Shown: positions 34,272 to 47,558 of the stretch, in pieces | How positions within the stretch are numbered: the first letter of the stretch is position 1 | Layout: every line of letters begins with the position of its first letter | Assembly: GCA_950097015.1 (NCBI GenBank) | Contig: CATNEN010000005.1 | Span: 4,092,001 to 4,156,000 of the forward strand | DNA length: 64,000 nt | From: Macrostomum hystrix | Taxonomy: Eukaryota; Animalia; Platyhelminthes | Reading direction: 5' to 3' | Program-made: the position numbers and the translations under genes | Notes under the pieces: generated by a model | Told to the model about the DNA's origin: nothing | The model's input: the letters and a program-made list of their open reading frames with translations, nothing else | Databases searched by the model: none

Positions 34272-35877
34272 CAGTAGAAAGCGCTATTTTTCGCTCCTGG
34301 GAAAACAAATCAATGCAATATGGTTAACAATGGTAGCCTACATTGTTGCATGATACAATTTTGTGAGCAGATAATTGTTTGCCTATTTTCGTGCTTTTTG
34401 TGACCACAAAACTCCGACGAGAAACGTTGAATATATCTCGACCTCGAGGTTGAATGTTTTGGCAGATACAGAAAAAAACAGAAAAAAACGCCACACTACA
34501 CCCTCTATTACCCCAGCTAACTGTCTTGGTAAAGAACACAGATTGTTCGAATCGAACCACCGACCTCTAAGTCGTGAGTCCGATGCTCAAACCACTAGGC
34601 ATAACATGGCTTACTATCATTCTTTTTAACTTACTTTTCAATTCTCGCCATTCTTACTAAACAGTCTTTATTTTTCTATTTATAATTACAAAGCATTTGC
34701 ACTTTTATACGATTCTACTTACTCTTGCATCCACTGGTAATTGACCTAATAAGGTAATATTGAATTTATACTCACATAATTAGATTCAGCGTCTCACACC
34801 TGTTTCAGGTGCTTCAGTATATACTTTATTATCTTTTTTGTTATAACTGTGTATCATTCTTGTTATTTTAAAGTTGCAGCAAAGTTACTTTTATTTTACT
34901 ACCAGAAATGTTTGTTTTAATAGCCAAAACTTTATAGTAAAGCATTTCTTTCTGGTAGAATTATTTTTTAAATACTTATAATTCTTTTATCCAGCTGTAT
35001 TGATTTTATTCGGTTGAAGACAGAATAATTTGATACGAAATTGTCAATATAAATGGCATTAAAAATTAATTCGTTTTTATAAATAAATGTATGTATTTGT
35101 ATATATATATATATATATATATTAGTTGAAATACAAAAACACATCATTGACGGCTAATATTGTCTTTTTTTATTAAAAATAAAACATTTTTAAATTTTCT
35201 GCTTTAAATTTTTTGCCTTAATATAAGGTTTTGTTGTTTTATGCTGATAAGCTTTAGACATTGATAGACAGAAAGGGATAGAGAAATCGACAAAATGCCT
35301 GACATTTACAACAATAAATGTATTTAAATGTGTGGTTCTATACTAGAATTATATATTGCCTGTCTCATCGGAGTGTCAGATAGAAGCAGTGCGATTCTAA
35401 GAATACAACGCATTTGAATCACTTTACCAAAAAATTAACCTTGAATCGCTACTTAAAGTAGCAAACTAAACAGTGGCAGTAATTAAAATGGGACTTTTAT
35501 TTATAAATATCGCGACTGGGCACGGGTGGACCACTAAATCATATGGAAGCAGGACTCGATTTCGTGAACAAAAAAAGTTTTAAGGGCCGATTTTTAATCA
35601 GAATGCATTTGCTTATGTAACTTGTTTCTATATGGCAGGTTGGACACTTGATTTGCACTGTTTTTTATTTCGAGGCTTTTAGCTGAAAAAATCATGGAAA
35701 AATCCCAGTAGAAAATGCGAAAATAGCCAGTTTTTTCTGGTCAGAAAGCCTCTGAACAAATAGTTCTAAATTATAAACAAACAAACCAATTGTAACATAA
35801 TAATCGGCCTTCAACAACTCCAGTTCACGAACCGAAAGTGCTGCGTTCCAATAGTCCTAGTAGGCCATTGTGGCAGT

Positions 35878-37590
35878 TCACGTGTGGGGCAGACCCAGGC
35901 AGGCCTGCAGCTCGGCTAGGGTCACAAATCCGTCTCCGTTGGCGTTGCAGAAGCGCAGAAAGTTTGCCGCGCATTTTCTTGTTCGCCTTCGCTCCGGCAA
36001 TGGAGGCAGCGCCCCAGCTGAGGAGCTAACACCGGCACTCGAGCCAGCGCCATCACCTTTCCAATAGCCTTTGATCTCCCGTCGCCACCAGCGCTGCTCC
36101 TTGCGGTCCAGATGGCCGTCTCGATTTACGTCAGCGCGTTGGAAGCGCAATATCAGACTTCTGGCCTCGACGCTCAGATGTGCGTCCTGCGGCCTCCAGG
36201 CGTCGCGAGTCTCGTGCACCATCAGCGACGTCAGCTGGGCTGCAAACTGGCGCAGCAGAGTCTGCGAGCAGCCGCGGAAACCGGCGGAGACCGCAGCTCG
36301 AGCTCGCGTCAGTGCCGATTCGCAATCCAAACTGGCGCCACTGCCGCTGCCAACGCCGCGGCTTTTCAGCACCCGACCAGACTCGGGGTCCATGCAGAAG
36401 CAGAGACTACTTGCTGACTTCGCCGAGCTAGCCGCGTCATCCTCCGCGCTGCCACTTGTGTGACACTGGCGTTTGGCATACTTTCCGTCCGGCGAACATT
36501 CCGGAACGAACACCCGCCCGCCAGCGATGCTCCGCGACGGCGTCTGGTCCGTCGACAATGGCGGCGTCCTCAGGTGTCGCAACTGCCTATTCTTTTCTTG
36601 CGCCTCCTCGCGCGCCAGAGGACAAGATTTGTGCGCGAATGGGCGCGCTTTTCCGGCGCGTTTCCGTTTCCTCCGCCGCGAGACTAACTCCATGAGGCTT
36701 CCCTTGCTGCCACCGCCGGGCTGTCTTAGCCTGCCTGTGTGGCTTTCCGTTGATGTCTCCGAGACAGCAGCCGGTTCCGTCGGAGCCGCTATGAGTGGCG
36801 CTGCGATTCCACCGGATAATCGAGGCTCAGAGGCCGCGACCGTCTCTGAATGAGCTGGCATCTGAATTTTTATAAGTGAATTGCTTCTTGTACACAACCC
36901 AACGAAAAAATGAGTGATTCGGCAACTAAGGATGCAGTTAGAGAAAAGTGATTTCCTACCGCCGAAACAGGCGTCGAATTCTCCAAGCCAAAGCAGAGAA
37001 TCCATTCCGCTCGCTCCAGTTGTTTGTTTGCGTTGAGATCGCAGGTGCTGAAGAAACGTCTGGCGCAGCCCTTCGGCTTGATGTTCGCTCTGGTAACTTT
37101 TCTCAGCGCTTTGGTCTCTCGGTGGCTCAATTTTCCGTCATTGTTAGCGTCCAGCTCTGCAAACTTCCACTCAGCCGATCGTCTCTCTGGCTGCTGTTGA
37201 TTTCTGTCAGTTGAGTAGCCGTGAGCAGGCTGACTACTGACTTCTGCTCTGGGCTTGAGAACTCCGCCCACGCGAAATGTCAACGACGCGTTGTACTCAA
37301 TCTCAAACTGTTTTAAGATGTTTCTATTAAATTGTGCTCGCTGACGAGAAGAGCATCGGTCTGCAACGGGGCAAGTTGATTACATATATTTTCTTATGTT
37401 TCGTTTCAAAGATTTTTTTTAAGCGCAATAAAAGACGCATCCAAAAAAGGCAAACGATCGTACAATTGGAACTCACTTTTACGTCCGTTGCCACCACCGC
37501 CGCGGCCATGTCCGCCACCTTTCCTATGTCTTCCTTTCCGTCTGTTAATATTCTGCCCATTGTTTCTATCTGGCTGGCGTTCCGCTTGCG

Positions 37591-37646
<56 letters not shown>

Positions 37647-38951
37647 TGCTTTCTGTGGCGCCTGCCCCCTCTACAAGTGGGCCTTCTTGGCAGTTGTACA
37701 CCGGAACCAGGCAGCGGTTTTCCACTCCGTCGTCTGACGCAGAAGCAGTAGCGCAGCTGGTAATTGCACTGCACTCGACGAAAACGACCATTGCTGGCGC
37801 ATTGGGGCACGTAAATGACTTGACGACCGTTTTTAGACTGATCTAATGCAGCCAGGCGCATGTCTTGACACCTGCCTCGCCCGCTGGATCTTGCGTTTCC
37901 ACTGCCGCCAGCCATCGAAGCTGACGCCTCGATTGGTAGCGGAGCTCCGCAGGCGCCCAGATGCCTCACGCGGACCTTCTGGCCGTGACAACGGCGAAGG
38001 AACTGCAACGTGCAGCGAGATTCATAGGTCTTGCCATCGGTACCGCAGACTTTAGTACTGGTACTGCTGATGCTACCGGCGGCTGTTGCGCCAGAAGCCT
38101 CGGATGCAAGTTGCAGTTGATAACAAAAATCTGGCCGACACTCGAGATTTTGACGAGCCTTTCTCGATTCCAGCACTTCTCGCAGCGACGCCGATGAAGA
38201 TCCGCCAGCTGCGGAGTCGGTCGTCCGCGATCGGGAGCTATCGGCGATGCCCGGACCTGACCGGCCGAATGCTGACTCATCGTCGCGCGAAGATTCTCCG
38301 CTGTCGGTTGAGCTAGAAGATCGTCTCTGTTCATTGTTGGCGTTAATCTGCGTTTAGTGGTTCGAGTGGGCGGATGATATGTAATTTTTTAACTTCGTAT
38401 TACAAACTTAACAGTAGAAATACCAATAGGAGATTTTTCCACCGTGGCAAGTTTCGTGCTGCATCTGAACGCATGCACACGAAACTCAAAAGCACGGGCC
38501 AATTTTTTCTTTCGCATCTTCTGAAACAAGAAGCAAGTCGGCAGCCCTTCAGATCGTGATCGAGATATTAATCAGTTCTGGCCAAAGGTCAGATTTTCCC
38601 GTAAGAGCTATAGTGTATTTCATACACCTATACACGAATTTTCACTGAGCCTCATTGCGGCCTTGCCAGGTCTTCAAACTTTATCAGCATGTCAACCCGA
38701 ATGTGCCTGCATCTTCTTCTCTGACTTCGGTGGTCACGCACTTTTATCTAGACGGAGCTGCTGGACCTTCAACCGCCCGTAGGTATTAAAACGGGCGGCA
38801 AAATTGCTTGGTAAGGCGCAAAACTCCTCACCTGATCCCAGAAACTCTTGGACTGTGAGCTGGGCACAACACTGCTAGTTGCTGAGCAGTCAACAAGCAA
38901 CACTATCAGAAGCAGTTGCAGTCTAAGCAAAAGCAGGGTTCGCCAAGCCAT
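35878..38951 (-). CDS. SMOC: SPARC-related modular calcium-binding protein (SMOC/Pentagone-like), 4 exons, about 784 aa
   Basis: Exons are 38951-38832, 38326-37477, 37360-36960 and 36861-35878 (2355 nt). The order is signal peptide (MAWRTLLLL...), Kazal (VCGTDGKTYESRC...GAC), thyroglobulin-1 (YVPQC...VQC...CFCV), EF-hand EC (ELDANNDGKL, CDLNANKQL), second TY (FVPEC...RQC...CFCMD) and second EC (ADVNRDGHL, CNANGDGFVT). Confidence 0.9.
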
Positions 38952-40090
38952 TGCGTATAATGCCTGCTTTTTTTGCTTGTTTTACAACGCTTCGTGATGT
39001 CTTTCTGTTAAAAAGGGTTCGTGAAAAAAAAACATTCACTGACTTATATTGCAGCAGTAGCAGCAGCAGCAGCAACGCAGTTATTCACAATAGCCTTGCG
39101 GGGTGGAAGGGAGGTCCGGCCAGACATGCCCGAGCCTGCTTCCAGCACTAATCGAATCACCGAGAGCGTATGTTTCTCCGAGCCCTGCCCCAACCATCCC
39201 ACGCCTCTCACCGCGCGGAGGCGCTATATAGCGGTTTGGTGTTCGCAGAAAACTATATACAAAAGCTAGCCAGCCCTCAGCAGAGTGCATTTGTACGCTG
39301 CTTCCGTTGAAAGCCCATGCAGTCAGCTCTTTCTCTCTTTTCGTTAGTTTCTTTGGCTTTAGGTCTCCCCTGACCCAGCTTCACATCCCAGCTTGACCAT
39401 ACATCTATACGGTCCGTCAGGTGCTAAGTGCCTATTCGTTCTCTCCCTCTCTCTCATTCTATTTCCGTTTCTGTCTCTACGCCGCCTCTCGTCAAACCCG
39501 TTCGTCCCGTTTGACAAAAAACCGCTTTCTATTCCTTTCTTGCAACTTGAAGGAGGGTTTGTGGCGCGGCTTATGACATTTTCTGCTGCTGTCAACGCTA
39601 ATTAAAAGCTTTCTGTGTTTTAGTTCTATTACTCTTGGACATTGGAGAGTGAATAGGTTAAATGGACGAATTTTTTCCTCTGAGGAAGGAAATTCCTTCG
39701 ATTATTGTTCCTTGCCTTCATAATATACGCATAGTCCTTAATAAATTAAAATTCTAAAAGCATGCGTGTCAGCAGTTGTACATAAAAGGTAACTTCTTTT
39801 GTTCGAAAAACGGTCCGGTTTTTATTCATTAAATGTTTAACCAACGAATACCAGAAACTTCTTTTTTAAAAGTATCTTATCAATTATTTAGCAGAGTTAC
39901 GAGTATATAGAATATTATGAACAATAAAAAAGGCAATTTGCGTGTATCAAAATAATATACTAGTGCATCTAATAGCCGCTATTCTGAATCGAACTGAATT
40001 AACGGTTGGTAAGCAAATTTTTTAAAACGATTTACTCTGACTCTTAGCAGTGCGTCTCATCAACCTCAGGTGTTTGATACTGTCTTATTA

Positions 40091-40667
40091 CATCATCAAC
40101 CTCAGATGCTTCCTAGCTGTCTGATGACATCATCAACCTCAGATGCTTCCTAGCTGTCTGATGACATCATCAACCTCAGATGCTTCCTAGCTGTCTGATG
40201 ACATCATCAACCTCAGATGCTTCCTAGCTGTCTGATGACATCATCAACCTCAGATGCTTCCTAGCTGTCTGATGACATCATCAACCTCAGATGCTTCCTA
40301 GCTGTCTGATGACATCATCAACCTCAGATGCTTCCTAGCTGTCTGATGACATCATCAACCTCAGATGCTTCCTAGCTGTCTGATGACATCATCAATCTCA
40401 GATGCTTCCTAGCTGTCTGATGACATCATCAATCTCAGATGCTTCCTAGCTGTCTGATGACATCATCAACCTCAGATGCTTCCTAGCTGTCTGATGACAT
40501 CATCAACCTCAGATGCTTCCTAGCTGTCTGATGACATCATCAATCTCAGATGCTTCCTAGCTGTCTAATGACATCATCAACCTCAGATGCTACCTAGCTG
40601 TCTGATGACATCATCAACCTCAGATGCTTCCTAGCTGTCTGATGACATCATCAACCTCAGATGCTTC
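40091..40667. repeat. 37-bp minisatellite (catcatcaacctcagatgcttcctagctgtctgatga)
   Basis: About 15.5 nearly identical head-to-tail units with no spacers. Confidence 0.95.
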
Positions 40668-40807
40668 AGTTGTCTAGTTTTTCTTACCCTACAGCTGGTC
40701 CTGTCACTAAAGGCCTCTTAAGATAAGATCAGCAATTTTCGTTTCTTAACAGTGCAAAAGCAGATTCAAATGTGACAAATAAAACAAAATTAAAAGTTCA
40801 GTGCTAG

Positions 40808-43800
40808 TTAAGTGCATGCCATTCGGCTGCTCTGCCGAGGAAAGCGTTCATCCGGCGCCGCTGGGTCCGAGGCCACAATGCCGCTGGTGCGCAGTCGAGC
40901 TACCCTCTCTTGGGCCGACTCCAGCTGAGCCCAGCGAGCCGCTTCGCGGGCCTTCTTCTCGCGCGACACCGTCTGGGCTGTTTTCAGAGCCAACGGCGAC
41001 GCGCGACGCTCCTGACGTTGCATCTCCTGGCGCGCCTCTTTGCGCGCCTGCACCTGCTGGGCAAGGTCGCTGAGTCGCGGATCGCGCGAGCGAACCTCAG
41101 CCGACTGGCCCGGTCGCGTCAAATCGATGCGCTTCTTTTTCTCCTCCTGACGCGCCGCGGCGGCTCGCGACCGCTCGGCCCGATGCCGACCAATGAGCTC
41201 CATTGTGTGCAGCAGTTTCTCATCTTTGGCTTGTTTGTCTTCTAGAATCTGGTCGCGTTTCTCTTCAGTCTCCTGAGTTTGTCGCTGCTTTGCCAGGCAG
41301 AGCCGCTCGCGCAGTTCAGCAATGCTCATCTCGGACAAGAAGCCGTAGCCAGCGATCTCTGTGAGATCGACTTGCTTCTCGCGAGGAGCCTGAGGAGTGA
41401 AAATTCAAGAATTTTGGTGCCAATAGCGTTGACGATGATATCAGTAGCTTCAAGTGGTCTGGAGATGACAATGACATCAGAAGCCATTGAGGATCTGGGA
41501 TTGACAAAGACATCAGAAGCCCTGAAGGATCTGGGATTGACAATGACATCAGAAGTTCTGGAAGATCTGGGATTGACAAAGACATCAGAAGCCCTGAAGG
41601 ATCTGGGATTGACAATGACAGATGCCGTGAAGAGCCTAGTGTTGATGATGACTTCCGAGAAGCTCTCAGGAAACTCCGAGTTACTTATCAAACAAGTTTT
41701 AAAACATGAATGGACATTGGGAACTTACCTGCGTTGCCTCGATAGCTCGAATCTCGGCGATGAGTTGCATTTTCCTACGGAGCTCTGCGGCCGCCTCCTC
41801 GTAGGCCTGCTTCAGCAGCTCCTCCGTCTCCTGCTGCAGCTCGGCTTTGCTCAACGCTTTAGCCTTCTGAGCGTCGCGAACAGCCTGCCTGGCCTTGGCG
41901 TGCCCGGCCATGATCTCTGCCATGCGCTGCTTCAGCTGCTCCTCCTCCAGAGCTCGCATTGCAGCCAGCTCTTCCTGACGCTCAGCTGCCGCCTCGCGTT
42001 CACGTTCAACCGCAGCTCGATTGGCTTCGGCCAGGCGACGCCTGGCGATGACCGCCTCCTCGTAGGATAGCTGGCCTTCTAGGCGGCGACGCTCGAGTTC
42101 GGCTAGTTCAGCCTGAAGATCGGCGTCCTTTTGAGCTTGCTGCCAGGCCTGCAGATGTTGAGTATGAAAGTGTGGTACCTCGCAGTCGCGTAGCCAGGAT
42201 TTTTGTCTAGGGGAAGCCGATTATTGTCAGGAGACCGCGGACTCCCTTGGCCCCCCCCATGGTACCTAGTCCTGTGGCCTTGAATTTCTGTTGATGCTAG
42301 TACCAACCAGGGCTGTGCCGGTTCCCGGTACCCGGTTACACGAAGCATTTTCATCGGTTAATGAACTATGTGGTTGATAAAATCAGACAGATTTTTCATT
42401 CGTGTCAGATAATTCTTGTTTTTTCATTGTTTTTTATAACAATTCTTTTTACGAAATTGAGCAAAATAAGGAATAAAGAGGAGAGGAGAGCAGATAAGAG
42501 AGGAGAGGAGAGGAGAGTAGAGAGGAGAGTAGATAAGAGAGGAGAGTAGATAAGAGAGGAGAGGAGATAAGAGAGGAGAGGAGAGTAGAGAGGAGAGTAG
42601 ATAAGAGAGGAGAGTAGATAAGAGAGGAGAGTAGATAAGAGAGGAGAGTAGATAAGAGAGGAGAGTAGATAAGAGAGGAGAGTAGATAAGAGAGGAGAGG
42701 AGAGTAGATAAGAGAGGAGAGGAGATAAGAGAGGAGAGTAGATAAGAGAGGAGAGGAGATAAGAGAGGAGAGGAAATTAGAGAGGAGAGTGAGACGTCAC
42801 GATTTACTTTAAATTTTTGCGCAATTTATTCGAATAATAATACGGTCGCATACAATATATGCTCGTGAATTGTTACTTTTGTGTCACACAAAGTTAAAAA
42901 CCGACTAGTAAGTTTCTGAACTTTCTAGTCGGTTTTTACTTGATTTGACTTGACACAAAAACAAGCTGACGTTGGTCTGTGATGGAGAATGGGAACGGGC
43001 ATTGCGATTGGGTGGGGATTAGGGATGGTAAAAAATCACAAACTGACCTCGAAAGCGGACTTGTCAAACGCTCCAGCTTCCAAAGCACTCAGTCGTTCAG
43101 CTTCGCGTCGTTCCGCCTCACGATAGCGAGCCCATTCGCGCATGATGGCGGCGGCGTTCAGCTTCACAGCTGTCTGGCTGCCGGCTCCCGGTCGCTCCTT
43201 CGGCAGCGGGTGCGCCTTCGGAGCGTCGAACGCCAGAGCGCGTTCCTGCTCGTCGCGAATCTCTTTTGTGCGACGTTCGAATTTGCCGGACTTGCCCGGA
43301 TTGGCGCAGCGCGGCTGCAGCCGTTTGGCCTCGGCGAGTCTTTGTTCGGCCTCTTCACGGTTCTTCCGGCGTCGTTCGTTCAGGTCTGCGCTCTCCTGCG
43401 GCCTGGCGTAGGTGCTCTGCGGCACTGGCCGGCTAGGAGCCAGCGTCGGCAACTCCTCCGGCATCGGCACCTCGCGTGGCTTCGGCTCGGTCAGGGAGAA
43501 CGGCTGGGGTTCTAGGTGTAAATGGGATTTGGAGTTTGGAGAAGCATAAAGATTCGTTTCATCACCTAGGATTAAGATAATGTCAGCAACCACCTGGAAC
43601 TGCAGTACCGCGAAGGTACTGGTACTGTTGAAGCGTTTCACTCGTTTCAAAGCCACAATCTTTTACCAAAGAATCCAAAATCTGGGTGCACCTGTTCAGT
43701 TCACGGACCGGTGACTTAACTAATGACACTTCTTAACAGTAGTAAAAACCACTCGTTATACCACTGGGGCATTTCAAATACCCACTGCCTACTGAACAAT

Positions 43801-46625
43801 AGCTCCCAAACCGAACCGAGCTCCCATACTGATTTTCGTGAAAGTCCACCATATGGATTAAATTTTTGCCCTTAATGATGAAAGTCGAACTTTCAAAGTC
43901 GTCCGACGTCAGCATCGTCGTGATATTTGTCGAGTGATTCTGGAAGAAGTCGTTTCATCGGATAGAGCGGAAAATTGTAGCTTTTGTGTTTTGCATTTTC
44001 ATGGCGATTGGTTGAATATCTTGGGAGATACAGAAAAAAGATAAATGTGGGTATTTTAATTGACTAACTAAATTACGCATATTGCTCGAGTTGAGTCGCG
44101 ATCGAACCCCTGACCTTCAAGTCGTGAGAACTTTCATATTTTTATATGAAGTCATAAAATGCATGACTTCATTTAAATTAGAATTTAAATTTGAATTTAA
44201 ATTTGAAATTTAAATTAATTTAAATTTAATAAAAAAAATTTTAATACATTTTTATTTAAAGTTGAATTTAAATTTGCTTTCAAATTTCTTTAGGCTTTTT
44301 AATCAAACATTGACGAATACTTTGTAATACTGCCCAGCAGTGATTAATTTGAAGCAGTTTATCCATTTCAGTTGACAACAATTATCGAATCAGCGTTGAT
44401 ATTTTCAAAGTTGTAAATTTCTTCTCTGATTTTGGAGTTTTGTTTTAATTAATTAAAGCGGTGAGTAATTTTGAATAAAAACGGACAGAGAAATTAGAGT
44501 GACGTAAAGTATAGTTTTGTGCAATAAGTTTTTTGTCGCAAATCAAAATGGTTTTCTGTGAATTGTGTGCAAATGAAATGATAAAAGAAAGTTGAATAAA
44601 TTTGGCAAGATAATTTTTCGCAACCACAGCGATAGTACTATTAGTACAGTGCTAAGAAAAATACCTTCAGTTCGTTCTTTTTTAGACTTTCGTGCTGAAA
44701 AAAGTAGTTTGCAGTTTAGGTGTAAAACATGCTGTTAATACTCTACTCAAAATTAAGTGTTAGTAGCATCATTTTTTTCATATCAAACCTTCCCAGATAG
44801 CTGGTTTTGCATACCTGTCGGCTTGATTAACTCCTTCTTGCTTTTGAGACCCTCTTCGATTTGTACTTTTAGTCGTTCGACAATTTCTTCTAGCTGAGGC
44901 AAAAACCTGTGGAATAAATTTAGTTTTTTAAATTTAATTTAAATAACATTTTCTGATCACCAAAAGGCAAGCAAGGACTTACTCTTCCAAAGGTGAAATT
45001 ATTTCATTCTCCACGTAGACCCTGTCGTACAGTTTGGCCCATTCGTCAAGCATCCATGTGTAAAGATGCTTTCTATTTATAAGAAAGCTTAGGAACTGAA
45101 AATTTGTTAGAAATATATGTATAGCTACTGCCCTCTTGCTAACAAATTAATTTCCATAGCTATTTCTTACCCTGTAGATTCTTTTACGTTCCAAGGTGGC
45201 AATGAGTTTCTTGAGATTTGGAATACCGAGCTCTTCCATTCGGAATACGATTAGATAGGCAAACACTGAAGATGGAGAAAGTAAATTCGTTTTTAAGACA
45301 TCTTAGGTGATCATGACTGTGCATGAATTTTTCTGCTTCTGGCCTTGCTCACTCTTGTCGAGTTTCTCTGTCTTCATTTATCTCATCTACCTCCTGTATC
45401 CTATCCTCTCTCCTCACTCTCGTCTCCTTCTTTTCTCAACCTTCTCCTCTCTACTTTCTCTTCTCTCCTGTCTCCCCGCTTCATTTCCTCTGTCTCATCT
45501 CCATTCTCTCCCCTACTCTCTCTACTCTCTTCTCTCCTCTCTCCCTAGTCCTTTATACTTTCTTTTTCTAGTCTCTACTCTCTCTTTTCACTCCATTTGC
45601 ATATTTAAATTCCCTCTTTTCTGTCCACTCAACTTCTCCCCCTCTCTTTTTCTAACTAATTTCTCTCTTCAACTGCTAAAAACTCACCTCTGTACAAGTT
45701 CTGCTCCGACCGTTTCACAACTCGTCCTTCGACATTGTAGAATGCTGTAATGACAGTGTCTAAAGCTTTTTCGTAACGAATGCAGCCAGCAAATATCTCA
45801 ACGATTGTGACACGCACTGGATCGTCGCGAGGAAGGACCTGAAAATATACAAATTTCCAATGATCCAATGGTAACTATTGAAATAGGAAGTAAAAATGGG
45901 AATCTGTAAGAAAGCTCACCCCATCAAAGTATTCGTCCGCGTGTGCGTCCACCGCCATATCTGCAGATCTGAACGAGTCCAAAATCTCCTGACTATGCTG
46001 CAGCAACTGCTGAGCAGTCTCCTTTGTTCTGGTGAACAGGATTAGAAAAACTATTTTAGGTAACAATTTAAAAAAACATAGTAAAAGAGAAGTAAATTGG
46101 CCTCTGGATGCACAAATTATTTTAGCATTATTAAATTGCAAATAAGTCCATTTTTATGGCTTATATAAAACTAAGGTATAATTTATTCAAATACCCTTCT
46201 AACCAAAAAGAAAAAATGTTTTTTTTCTGATTAAAAAACTAAATCTGCTACATAACTAATGCATTTTAGATGGACATAATATAAGAGTTTTTGTACTTAT
46301 TTATACATTTTCTTCAACTATATGAAACATGAAAGTGAATTTTGAATCACTTTCTAATTTAATAGTTTCTTGCTAAAAGCTGGTCAAAAATTGAAAAAAA
46401 CATCAAGCAAAACGATATAAATAAACTTGTTTTTTACGAATTATATAGTTAGTGGAGCAGTCGCAATAATTCAAAATATGGGTGCAACCGCTGAAAACAA
46501 ACTGACAAGTGTACACTTTTTGATGTGATATTATCATTATACAATAGCCATAGCATGTTTAAATCACCATACAATTCAAGCATCTTTTATCATTTTTATA
46601 ATTCTACTTACAAGGTCAGACCCAT
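40808..46625 (-). CDS. CFAP99: Cilia- and flagella-associated protein 99, 9 exons, about 679 aa
   Basis: Exons are 46625-46612, 46028-45920, 45838-45688, 45265-45171, 45095-44983, 44906-44815, 43511-43048, 42148-41729 and 41389-40808 (2040 nt, phases consistent). Motifs include WMLDEWAKLYD, EPQPFSLTEPKPR, KLNAAAIMRE, RRLEGQLSYEEAVIAR and VDLTEIAGYGFLSEMSIAELRERL. Confidence 0.88.
41470..41625. repeat. 36-bp minisatellite, CFAP99 intron 8
   Basis: About 4 units of gacaaagacatcagaagccctgaaggatctgggatt. Confidence 0.8.
42480..42790. repeat. Purine-rich 17-bp repeat (gagaggagagtagataa), CFAP99 intron 7
   Basis: Tandem units are visible directly. Confidence 0.9.
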
Positions 46626-47558
46626 AAGAATATCTCTGCGTGTCTTCTGTTATTATCCAAGTGTTCTATATAGCCACCAGCGAAACGATTGAACGAAAAA
46701 ATGACGAAAATGTGGAAGACTTGAATTTGTGCGCTTGCTTGAGATGTAGGTAACCAACGAAGCTAACAAAAATGAAAACATTATTTTTAAGTGAGAGCCT
46801 AAGGTTTTCTAAAAATATGTATATGAGTGACAGTATAGTTATTTATATTTATTATTATGATAAAATGAGCTGGTCTATTGATAACAAGTGTGTACTCTTA
46901 TTTTCAAGTTTATTTTTATACAATTAATATATATGATGAACACCTTGTTCATGCTAGACTGCTAGATCTTTTGTCTCAGCGCACGCAAAACTAGCTGCGA
47001 TTCTCTAGAAATTCAGTTTGCATATCTGAACTGAAATTTAGCAAAACATCTAGAACTGATAATGTATTATCAACTTATAAACAACACAGTAGCGTGTATA
47101 TAATGTATACATTAGTATATTATTTGCATTTGTGGATTAAAGAATTATCTTGTTCTTAAAGTACATAAAGTACTATAATTTTTCGGTAGGATTATCGCGT
47201 TTAGAAAGTGCATACTTTGCCTGTTAGTATTTATGCACTTTAAAAATGATTATTATTTTTTGATTGTAGCTATATATTTCCATACTTAATAGAATATCAA
47301 GAAGTACTATTTTTTCTTTAGTAACAAATTTTCTACTTTGTCTACAAAATAATTTTTTTATGTTACCGCAAGCCACCGGAGTTTTCATGTTTTAATTATT
47401 AATTTTTAACTTTTGCTTTTAGAGTTATTATTAATTATGCCTTTGTTACTTTTTATGAGCCAATTTAATGTATAAGTGATTTGGTTTAAGCTCCCGATTA
47501 ATATTTGCTTTTTCTTATTCATCTCAAAGCGAACAAATCTTTTAACTTGCAGACAATC

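Noticed and set aside
40091-40667. 37-bp partially palindromic repeat resembling a CRISPR repeat, with CTGATGA resembling a hammerhead core
   Set aside because: The units are head-to-tail with no unique spacers, there are no cas genes and the context is eukaryotic. CTGATGA is followed by a CATC/GATG stem but then CTTCC rather than GAAA.
43036-43656. Full 206-aa ORF as a single CFAP99 exon
   Set aside because: CFAP99 similarity starts only at the phase-1 acceptor at 43511; the upstream part is intronic.
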